A DNA stretch of 64,000 bases from Octopus sinensis (Eukaryota). The stretch's first letter is position 1, and every line of letters begins with the position of its first letter. Positions 11,901-23,900 of the stretch are shown here, piece by piece. The stretch is taken from NCBI RefSeq assembly GCF_006345805.1, contig NC_043001.1, positions 30,442,001 to 30,506,000 on the forward strand. Reading direction: 5' to 3'. The translations under genes were made by a program, and so were the position numbers. Under the pieces are notes generated by a model. The model had not been told where the DNA came from and did no database searches. It was given only the letters and a program-made list of their open reading frames with translations.

Positions 11901-14900
11901 ATGTCTCTTTCCTATTCATTAACAACATTCTGTCTTTCATTTATAATATCCTTCACTTGGTTACACAACTGTACAACTTTCTGCTCTTCACTGCCTGTTT
12001 AGTCCTTTAGTCAGTTCATTAAATATTGTATTACTAGTATGCAATTTTGAATTAGAATTAGTTTCAAATCTACTTAGCAAAGCTATGCACTGCATGAACC
12101 TGGGACCTTTCTCTTTGAATTAGCATATATTCATTAACTTAAAAATTCCACTTGTTCTTCAGCCATAATTTATTTGCACATTCTTATAAACAAAACTATA
12201 GCATAATACTTTCCTCTGTGTTTTTTGACTTATTTCATCCTCTTTTTTTAGCAATACTGCTTCTTCTTTGTATCGGTTTGCTTGGATTTGGCACCAGGTC
12301 CAGTCACTTCGAGCAACCTAAAGTAAGTAGTCACTGTTTTTTTTTTGTGCGTGTTCTTTGCTTTTCATTTATTGAAACCTTTGGCAATTTGCTGTGCTTG
12401 AGAAGACTTGTCAAACCAAGTGAAATTATAGTCGTGGACAGTACCAGTGGCACATAAAAGGCACCTGTACTGGTGGCACATAACAGGCACTCATTACACT
12501 CTTGGTGTTAGGAAGGGTATCCAGCTGTAGAAACCAGGCCAAAATTAGACTAGAGCCTAGTGCAGCTCTCTAGTCAAACTAACCTATGCCAGGATGGAAA
12601 ACAAATGCTAAATGATGATGGTGAGGATATTAAGAATATATCATATTATACATGCAATGTTCATACTGAAAAATACTAGTAGCAGAAATAGTAAGGCTTC
12701 TCTTAAATTTATTGATTCTTTAGGTAGGTTTGAAACCTGGTACTACTAGTGTGTGCTGGAATCATTCTTCATTGCCTTGCCTTAAAAATCTGGAACAATC
12801 GAGTGACAAATGTGGAAGTGTTAAAGAAGATGAAAGTGAAGAGACAGTTGATGGATACTATCAGAGAGAAACAGTGGAGATTTGTTGGTCATTTTCTCAG
12901 AGAAGATGGTTGAATGGAGCGCTGCATGGTGGAGACTGAGCTGGTGGGAAAGAGAGCAAGAGGAAGGCAGAGAATGAAGAAGAGAATGAGCGTGCAGAGT
13001 GAGAAAGACCTGGGTGATGTTGCGAGAGACAGAAGTAAATGGAGGAGGAACAAGCCATGATTCATCAACAGCATGAATATGCCATGACACAAGAGAGAGA
13101 AATAGTGTGTGTTTATTTCAGGTCATTTGTCATGAATTGTAAAAGTTTCTGACTCCTTTACATAAATACATTTTAATAAGATGTGGTCATCCAATTCATT
13201 GCAATCTGTTAAATCATTCAACCCTTGCCTGCATGGAAAGTGTGCATGTAATGCTGTTGATAAAACGTTTTAAAAATTACTGCATGAAAAACGTGTCTGA
13301 CTAGGGGTAAATATTACCTTGCATGGTAAAAAGCGAGGGTTAGCAACAGTAAGGACATCCAGTTGTTGAAAATCTGCTTCAACAAATTCTATCTGACCCA
13401 TGCAAGCACGGAAAAATGGTCATTAAAAGATGGTGATTGTGCATGCTTGTGTGTATTTGGTTTATGCCTAAGTACAAGGAATCCCCAGTGCTTAGATTGA
13501 ATATTATACTAACAGAACATCATTTTGTGAGTTGATCTCTCAGTATAATTGCTTTACACTAAATTTGCTTCTCTATATATTTTAATAGCCATCAAAAATA
13601 TTCACGGCTGCTATATGGACATTCCACTTTGGCTATGACAATTATGGTTGGCCAAGTATGGAACGTGCAGAAAAAGTTCTTAGAGAAACTCGTAAGTAAC
13701 AGTATGAGAAAATTTGCATGTATTTTTTTTACCTCCAAATTTTTATTCCTTCAGACTTTTTAATTGACTTCATTGATTTTAATTTCTCAGAATTTGGATT
13801 AAATTCTAACAATTTTATGTCAGCTTTTTTGTTTCGTATTGAGACAAGCTGTTATGTAAACTATGGCAGCATGAATTTTAGTTTTCATAAATACTGTTGA
13901 CCAAGCAACATCTATGATCAAAGCATTCTTGCAATGACTATCCTGTTTCCCTTTTGTTTTTTTCCAGACAGCATATCCAATGAAAATATCCTTTATTAAA
14001 ACAAGAGTCTGATTGGCTGCTGTTTCACAGGTCAAATCCCCACGTAAAAGATCCCTAATTGCCCTCTCTCAAACACTGTATATATCAGAGAGTGGCAGTG
14101 GGTGGCTGAACCAGTAGGCTAACAAGCTAAATATTTTACATTAGTTAGCTTTATTCCTCTAGTAATTTGGGATTAAATGTATTTTTGTGCCCTTGGATTG
14201 ATAAAATATGTACCTGTAATATTTTGGATCAAGACCTTTGACTGTACTCCTCTCTGAGATACAGTGTAGTATTGATGATTTCAGTTTACCGTCTGACCAC
14301 TTTCCCATCTAAACACTCATCAATGTTATTTCTGAGAGAACATTTTTTGTTCCATGACAATCAAACTAACCCAACATTTACAAGCCATATAGAAAGCCTC
14401 TGCATGGTCACTCAACCTACAAGACATGGCAGCCAAATCTCCTTCAAATTCATTCTACTATTTTATATGCTGGAAATTTGTATATTCTTGCCCAAGGTAC
14501 GCTCTGCCTGGAAAGTGTACCTTGGACACTTTTCCATACAATCAAATGGATTCACAGCATTGTAAATCTTTTTACAATTAAGTTCAACTAGAAATCTTGC
14601 CAGCAACAAATTCAAAGTAATGTTTCACTTGCTCACAGTTTATTCCAATTGAATTACAAGGAAGAGCTTCTGTAAGAAATTCCTGCTCATTTTTTAACAG
14701 CATCAATGATGATCTTGTAAACTGAAAATGTGTTGAGATAGTCTTTGCTGGAATGCTCTTGGTCATAATTCAGTGCAATCAGAGCCAACTTAGGAGTTAA
14801 ACAAACAACATCTGAATACTCAGCTTGGTCAATACATATTAACCTCTATACTCTGTCAGCCTCAATAAATAATAATGATATTCTCAAGATTTCAATACAA

Positions 14901-17900
14901 ATAAGACATTTAATATTATCTGCTTAGATTGTCTGATTTTTATGATTATGCTATAAATTTTTCTTCTAATTTACTTTTTCTCTCTTCTTTTGTAGATGCT
15001 GATTTTATTACCTTATTAGAAAGTGATGCCTCAAAACCATTTCTGGGAAATAATGATTTAGGCATGTGGTTTGGCCAGAAACTTGGAATGTATGTTGATT
15101 TTGGCCCAGCTACCAAGAAGCACACTTGGGGGTAGGTGTACAATTAGAACTGTATTTTGATGTAAACTTCTCTGATATAAACACCCCACTTCTTATGCAC
15201 ATCTATCCCTCCTCACCTCTCTCTCTCTCTCTCTCATATTTTTTTTACTCAATGTATTTTTGAAAAATAATTCTGCAGATATATAGAGCTCACTCTGTAA
15301 TCATGTGGTTCAGGTTTTATCCAACTGAGAATAGTTATATCACAACTTACAAAAAAAATATTTAAATCATGTGTGAGAATAATTTTCCCTTCATCTTCTT
15401 TTCTTTTAAACAGAAATTTAATTCTTTCCAAGTACCCTATTGTAAAATCTGTTCATCATCTCCTTCCCTCTCCTGAAGGTAAGTCCTCCTAAAACTTACT
15501 CATTTTGTTCTTAGAACTTGATTATAGCTTAATGTTAATTTCTGTCAACTACTCATAAAAATATTTGTGTTTTTCTTTTATATTGCATAAACTTGTATTT
15601 AGCACATCTTTGCTTATTTTCATCTAAACTTTTTATTTCTTGTCCACCTAATCTATTCCTTTACTACCCACAAGGGGCTAAACACAGAGGGGACAAACAA
15701 GGACAGACAAACGGATTAAGTCGATTATATCGACCCCAGTGTGTAACCGGTACTTATTTAATCGACCCCGAAAGGATGAAAGGCAAAGTCGACCTCAGTG
15801 GAATTTGAACTCAGAACGTAACGGCAGACGAAATACCGCTGAGCATTTCGCCTGGCGTGCTAACGTTTCTGCCAGTAAGAAAAGGAATGTTTCTGGCAGC
15901 TCGCCGCCTTAGTTGTCTACCTAATCAATGTTAACTGAGTGCAAAACTTCTTTTAGTTTGCAATATGAAACTCTATAAAACATCATGCCAGCAAGAGATT
16001 ATATACTATCATCTGTAAAAAAAGGAAGAACATGTTGGATAATGTTGTCCTAAGTGCACCATACCTGGAATTAAGAGGTGTTGATCATTGATAGAATGCC
16101 TTTAAGCAAAGGTCTACCTGTTTAGAGCTAATTTGGTGGTAAATTGCTTTAACCCTTTAGTGTTCAGATTACTCTGTTAAATGTAATGCTTTTTTATTTA
16201 AATTGTTTTGAATTAATCATGCATTACCTTATAGCTTTGAGGTTTCAATGATGTGATTGTTTATTTTTAGACTGTCAATGTAGGTTAGGTGTGAGAGGCT
16301 AGATATGGCCAGTTTGAATATAAAATATGTAGAATATATTGGGCCGGATTTGGCCAGTTTAAGCACTAAAGGGTTAATTCACGAAAGGTTAGCCCTTGAA
16401 AGAGTAACTGGCTCACCAGAAGTGTCATGAATATGTAGATCTTTGCTGGAATAGAAAAAATGTTCTTTCTGACACCAATCAAAGCGAATGAGAATCACTA
16501 GCTATTTTGCTAATTCTATTGTTGTTGTTTGTTTTTGTCACTCTTGTTGTTGCTGCTGCTTTGTTTGTTTGTTTGTTTGTTTGTTTGTTGAGCAAAGCGG
16601 TCTTCTTCCCTGTAGTGGGAGAAGTCCGAAACATGGTCCTTTGCTATTCGTAAAACCTGCAGAAGAGAAAGCAGGTCAACCCCCGACACCGAGAGCATCG
16701 ACGGATGGATGAATGCACATCCAGGCTCAGCGGTTGCGTAGGAAGTCGGGGACGAGAAACAGGAAGAAAGAGTGAGAGAAAGTTGGAGCAAAAGAGTACA
16801 ACAGGGGTCGCCACCTGCCGGAGCCTCGTGGAGCTTTAGGTGTTTTCGCTCAATAAACACACACAAGGCCCAGTCTGGGAATCGAAACTGCGATCCTCCG
16901 ACCGCGAGTCCACTGCCCTAACCATTGGGCCATTGCACCTCCACTGTTGTTGCTGCTGCTGATGCTGCAGCCAGCTGACAGAATCATTAGCATGCCAGAC
17001 AAAATGCTTAGTGGCATTTCTTCTGGGTTTGCATTCTGAGTTCAAATTCTGTCAAGGTCGACTTTGCCTTTCATCTTCTGCGATCAATAAAATAAGTACC
17101 TTATAGGTAATATAGTAAAGGAAAAACTTTGATTAACTGGGACTATCTACGCATTTGGTGGACAAAAACTCCCTCTGGGAGTACTTTTTATCTAAAGAAC
17201 TACAAACAAGAGAGGTAGCTAAAAAAAAAATCAATCAGTTGAAATTTTTGTTCCTTTGCTTATGGTTTTCAGAGTTTTAAGCATCCCTAATTGTTTAGAC
17301 AATGTCAATTGTTCAAAGTTTTTGAACATATGACATTGTGTATATGAGATATAAGATCCTATTGTATGTATATTTCCTATGTAGATGTGGCTGTGTGGTT
17401 TTAAATCTTGCTTTCTAACCGTGTGATCTTGGGTTCAGTTTCAGTGTTTGGCACTTTGGGTAAACATCTTCTACTACAGCCTCACTCAACCAAAGCCTTG
17501 CGAGTAGATTTAGCAGATGGAAACTAAAAGAAGTTCATTGTATATATATGTGTGTGTGTGTGTGTCTAGATATCATGTGATTGTTGCAAATGAGTATCAT
17601 CGTCCTCATACAGCAAAGACAATAGTGTAAAAACTATATCAAATTATGGGGAAAATGCTACCTTGCTTGGAAACAGGTGAGCATTGGCAACAGGAAGAAC
17701 ATCCAGCCGTAGAAATTTTGCTTCAAAAATTTTCTTGTGACCCATGCAAGTATGAGACAGTAGGCATTTAACCCTTTAGCGTTCAGATTACTCTCGCAAG
17801 TGTATTGCTTATTTATTCACATTCTTTTGAATTAATCATGCATTATCTCATAGCTTTGAGATTTCGATGATGCAGGTTTTTATTTTTAGAGTGATATCGT

Positions 17901-20900
17901 ATGGTAGGTGTGAGAAGCTGGACCTGACTGGCTTGAACATAAAACAGGTAGAATCTTTATACTAGATATGGCTGGTTTAACTGCTAAAGGGTTAAATATA
18001 TGAACACTTTCTTAGGCTGCTTTCTTCTCAGTCATATTGTTGTTTTCTTAAATCTCTCTTTACTCTTTTACTTGTTTCAGTCATTTGACTGCGGCCATGC
18101 TGGAGCACCGCCGTTTTAGTCTAGCAAATCGACCCCAGAACTTATTCTTTGTACGCCTAGTACTTATTCTATCGGTCTCTTTTGCCGAACCACTAAGTAA
18201 TGGGGACGTAAACACACCAGCATCGGTTGTCAAGCGATGTTGGGGGGGACAAACACAGACACACAAACACACACACACACACATACATATACATATATAT
18301 ATATATATATATATGACGGGCTTCTTTCAGTTTCCCTCTACCAAATCCACTCACAAAGCTTTGGTCGGCCCGAGGCTATAATAGAAGACACTTGCCCAAG
18401 GTGCCACGCAGTGGGACTGAACCCGGAACCGTGTGGTTGGTAAGCAAGCTACTTACCACACAGCCACTCCTGCGCCTATATTTTGAAGTAAGCTTACAAA
18501 GTTTATTCATTTGTTTTTAGAGTCTGTATTTGAGTTTTCAGTCTTATTCCTGGTTTTTTTTTTTCGTTTTGTGGGATACGAAGGGCTTATTGTCTCTTCC
18601 CTTCCTCTCTTGAGTTAACAAACGAAACAATAAAATGAAAATGGTTTCACATATTGCCTGCTGATTAATTTAAACATTTCAAGTGATACATGATGTTATA
18701 TTATAGGTGAACTGGCACCTGCTATTAGTGCCACAGTGAACATTAGTGGCACCCTGGTTGACTTTGTTGTCACTCACATGGGTAATCACCGAGACAATGA
18801 AGACAGAAGGCAGCAAGCCATTTATCTTTCTGACATTCTTAAATCAAGGTGAGTGCGAATTTTTGTGCAGACAAATACATCTAAAAGAAAATATTCTTTG
18901 TGCTAGTATTGGTCTCAAATACTATATGCTCTAAACACTATATATTCTAAAGCAACCCTTGATTTTTGTTTTAAAATTTACCTAAAATGTATAAATATAT
19001 GCCAAATATAGAGTATCAGTCTCTAATCTGATGGTTTGAATGGAACTGGTAAGCTGGAGAGCTGCACCAGGTTCCAGTAAAATTCATCTTGTTTTCTACA
19101 GCTGGATGCCCTTCCTAATGCCATATTGTTGTATATAAGACACTACAGTTAACCAGATTATATTCAATGTATAATAATATTCTTTGCCCTCAGGTTTTTT
19201 GTGAATGTTCTAAAACCTTAATTGTATTATATACTGGAATATATGATCACTGGTGTACTACTGTCTTTGATAACATTAATAAAATTTTTATTCAGTTGAC
19301 ATCTTAGCCATAACCTTTCTATTATTATTGTGAATATTTTGTGAGATGTTTAGGAGATATTCAGAGAAAGTAGGATTTGGCCACTACATTAAGCATGTTA
19401 AATAAAGCACAGGATATAAAACAAGTATGACATGACATGCTTGACTACTCTGACTCATACAGCCAGCCTTTGCATGGCACTTTATATTAAAAAAGTGATT
19501 GCCTAACATTATTTCATAAATTTGCTTGAGCAGAATTAACTGAAGTTATTCAACAATTACTATGGCAATAGAACCTCAATACAGCCAGTAACCCAGGTAG
19601 AAATATCAGCCAGGTCTCCTTCAGATAACATCCCTTTGTTTTATATTAGGGCTGATGCATTGAATAATATAGTCTTACACACACTATACCTTAAAAATAG
19701 ATGGGATGATCACAGCTTGAATGCTTAGATCATAGGCATAGTTAGGAACAACCTGAACATAAATAACTGTAGTGTCTTATATACAACAATATGGCATTAG
19801 GAAGGGCATCCAGCTGTAGAAAACAAGCTGAATCATAATAGAATCTGGTGCAGCTTACCAATTACAGTCAAACCATCTAACCCAGGGCTGGTCAATCTGA
19901 GGCCTGCTGGCCACATGTGGCCTGCAGACTTTTATCTTGTGGCCTGCTTGATACTTTCTTGAAGTGGGTTTATTTAAACAAACATTTAAAAAATGTTATC
20001 AAAAATTAAAGATTATAATGAAAATACCACTGTTTTTGCAACGATCATATTTCATGTTGAATCAACAATCATTCATTCATTATTGTAATAAAGCAAAATG
20101 CTTTTAATTCTGTTAATATGCAAGCGGCCCTCAAAACACTTTCTGTGATTGAAGTGGTCTGTAATGTAATTCAAGTTGGCCAGGCTTGAATTACATTACA
20201 GACCACATGGAAAGCAGATGTTAGATGATTAGATGATGGTGGTAGTGATGGTGGTGGTGGTGGTGGTGGTGGTGGCGGCAGAGGAGGAGGTGTACAGGAA
20301 GCTGCTTTATTCTTAATTCTAATTTTTTTTTTTTCTGGATAATTTACAATTTTGTAAATGTGTTTAGTGAATTTGTGTGTGTAGATTAATTTGAATTACT
20401 TAATGATCACAACTATAGATTTCTGTAAAAGTTCTGAATTAAAATCTTCCACCAAACCTTAGTCACAATTTATGTTCCTAACACTAGTTTCATGATAACT
20501 AAGTTATTTTACTAAATTCTTTGTTATATTTAAAGTAATTGAAAGAAACACAAAGCATCTCAAAATAAATACAGTAACGAAAGGGTTAAGGAAAAAAAGT
20601 AAAGAAAGATTTCTTCATTTGATTTTGGCCTTTGTGATTCTATAAGTAGTTTTAGCTACTATCTGCTTTATTTAGAGGTTTTCTGTAAGCTGCTGGAATG
20701 TTAGGTCCCTCACCCTACTTTTTTTCTTTTCAAATAATGTTGTAGAGTAATAAAAATTTGTTTAGACACATGATATATGTAATTTGTTGGATTTAACAAA
20801 AGACCTTGTTATCCTTCTTTTTATCTATTTTCTTTCTCTTTCTCAATAAATATACATGAATAGTATTTAAGCTAAGTTTATAAGGTAGTCTGAAAAGTTA

Positions 20901-23900
20901 CCAGTTTGTATGAGTATTAACACAGATTCAATGATTTCAGACATTTAGTGACTGGCTATAAATTTTCAGATAGCAATGATACAGAAAAACAGGGCTGTGG
21001 GGCAGGATTGGGGAGTGAGAGGTAGGCATAGTGCATGAAGGAGGAAATGTGAGGAAGAGAAGAGATGTAGATTGGCTTGTTGGAGTAGGGTGCATGAGGT
21101 TTTCTTGTTATGTGTGGGTGGAACACATAGGTCGGGGGGCCAGTAGATAGCAATGATACAGTTAGACAGGCCCAAAAGAAAAGGATTGGGGTGGGAGGTA
21201 AGCACAGTGCATGAAGTGGAAATGTGTGGAAGAGTAGAGATGTAGTTTGGTTTGTTGCTGTAAGGTGGGTCTTCTCAAGAACCTCATATCACCAGACATC
21301 TTGGTCCAGTGTCATTTCTTCCGTGAGGCCCAGCATCTTGAGATTGGTCCTTACCACTTCATCCCACGTCTTCCTGGGTCTCCCTCTTCTGCAAGTACCA
21401 TCCACTTTCAGTGACCAGCACTTCTTTATGTAGCTGTCTTCATTCATACACATCACATGTCCATCTCTTGCAAGCTACATTTGATTCCTATTATGCCCAA
21501 CTTTTCTCTCAATACATTTGCAGTTTGCTGTACATGTGCACTGATGTTGCACATCCATCAGAGCTTACTGCCTTCATTTCTCTCCAGTCTATGCATATCT
21601 TCTGCATTCAGAACCCATGTCTCCCTGCCATGGAGTATAGCCATTCGTACACAAGCATCATATAGTCTACCTTTCACTTTGCAACAGAGTCCTTTTGTTG
21701 TCAACAGAGCTAATAGTTCTCTGAACTTCTTCCACCCTATTTTTATTCTAGAAACAATACTTTCAGAGCATCCTCCACCATTGCTAATTTGGTTACCTAG
21801 GTAACAGAAACTATCTACAACCTCAAGAGAGCCTCCTGGGCATTTGAGAGAATCGAAGTCCCATGTGCTCATAGTCCTTATTATTCTTGCACACCTGCCA
21901 CATACAAAGACATCACCATCTGTTAATATACCTGTGGTTCTACTGCACCTTTTATGTATCCATAAGTTTACACTGGGTACAGTGAATGGAATTTCTTCCA
22001 ACTCCTTTCCTTCATATTGAGCGTGGCCATTTACCTGACAGAAAGAGAGTTTCATCTTCTTTCTTACTAACAACAATTTTGGTCTATGCTAGGTTAACTT
22101 TAAGGCCCTTTGATTCCAGGTTTTGTTTCCATACCTGGAATTTCTTCTCCAATTCTGTTAAAGATTCTACGATAAGAGTAAGGTCATCAGCATATAGCAG
22201 TTTGGAATTCCTATGTTATAGCTTGGAGGACTATAATGAATATATAGTTTTTATTGACAATATTTGCCCAGATTTTTTATCCTAATTTTATAAACAATTT
22301 TTTGTCTTCTCCAATACAAGTCATCTTTAACCTCCATATGTAAAACTAAATAAAGCATATATTTCAAAGAAATCAACATTTTTGATTGATTTTTTTTTTC
22401 ATTATAATGTTTACATCATCATAATCAAAATTGTTTTATAGCTTATTTTATATTTAAGATTATGCAAATTTTTTATTTACAGTCCAAATCCTGCTGTATT
22501 TCTTGGGTATGTAACATCATACCCATATGGCCGAGATTATACCCAGTTTATTGAAGAAGGTCAAATGAAAGACATTGACCCAACAGATCATGATCGTTGG
22601 TGTCAATATATAATGTATAAAAAGCTAGTTCGGTATGAGACTCTTTTATTTTTCTTATTTATGTGTTAGTAACATGATTATATGATAAGAAATATTTATT
22701 AACCAATTACATTATTGTGTATTCCTAAATTCTGAAATGTCAGTAATTTGAAGATATTTTGAAAAATATGTATTTCCTTCACTTCAATATGAACACTGTT
22801 TTCACTAGTCATCCTTGAACATTCTTTAGTTATATGTCAGTCTGGTTCTCTCTGCAAGAATTCAAATAGCTAACTTTAGTTTGATGGTCTCTCTATTTAC
22901 ACTAAATATGCTGTTGTGATGATTCCTGGAGTCAGTATGCTCCCAATTGATAAAACTGTCTTTAGCTGTGAATGTTTCTTTATATCTCTATAGAGAAGAG
23001 AACATTTTATGCTTATTCCATAGATACGCAGGACAGTAAACAAACTAGAAAAATACTCTTCAATATTTTGAGGTGTCTTGTAAAAATAAGTTAAAAACGA
23101 ATTGAACATTTTAAAATCTGTAAGATTTAAAGGTATGTTTGTAGTGGTGGTAGTGGTGGTGAGACAAAGAGGAGGCATCCTTCATTTGGGACTGGCTATG
23201 GCCTATAAAACTAGAGTGACATTCAGGGAACATGTTTAGCTGTTAAGTATGGAAATCCTATGCTTTAAAGATGTGAGGATCCTTCTCAATCTCATTAATA
23301 AGTGACTATACTTCACAAAGGAAGTCTAATAAAACTGAAACATGTCCAAAGTTTTCAGTGTCTGCCAAAAATGAAATTATTATTACCTCTATGCTTATTT
23401 TCAATTTTAGTGTTAACTCACTGGTGTGTCAACCCATTCCAGAGAATTTTTTTTTGAGTTGTCATCCCTGTTTCTAATTTAATATTCAAGCTATGCTTAA
23501 TTAAATGCCATTCTTACCACATTATATTTTAGTGCTTGCTTCACTATTTTGACAATAGTTTGGATACAGCAGTTGCTGAAAGGAAGACAAGTGATCAGTC
23601 TATTCTCTTAGGGTAGCCACACTATATTTTCTTTTAGGAACTATTTCTCTTAATCTTTGACTTTTCCAAGGCACTCTTAGATCACGAATATTTAAGGTTC
23701 AAATAATGATGGTATATTTGATGAAATATAATATGTATGGATGTATAATAAATTAGATGGCTACTTTCTATAAATGGCTTACCATTAACTCAGCAATTAT
23801 CAATAAAGAACTTCTTAAAAATTAAAGAAATTATTATTAAAAGCTGGGCAGAATTATATTTTGATTTGAATAAAAAAGAAAAGGAGTTTCAGTTTTTTAA

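Noticed and set aside
14270-14870. Possible hAT transposase remnant (minus strand)
   Set aside because: Only a weak DLQC-like hint; cannot be supported without an HMM search.
20968-21260. Diverged ~177-bp purine-rich tandem pair
   Set aside because: Similar GA-rich blocks occur at about 10150-10560 and 33830-34370; treated as ordinary repeat debris.
22830-23180. Minus ORF 22897..23178
   Set aside because: No motif I can identify; intronic and antisense to CWH43.
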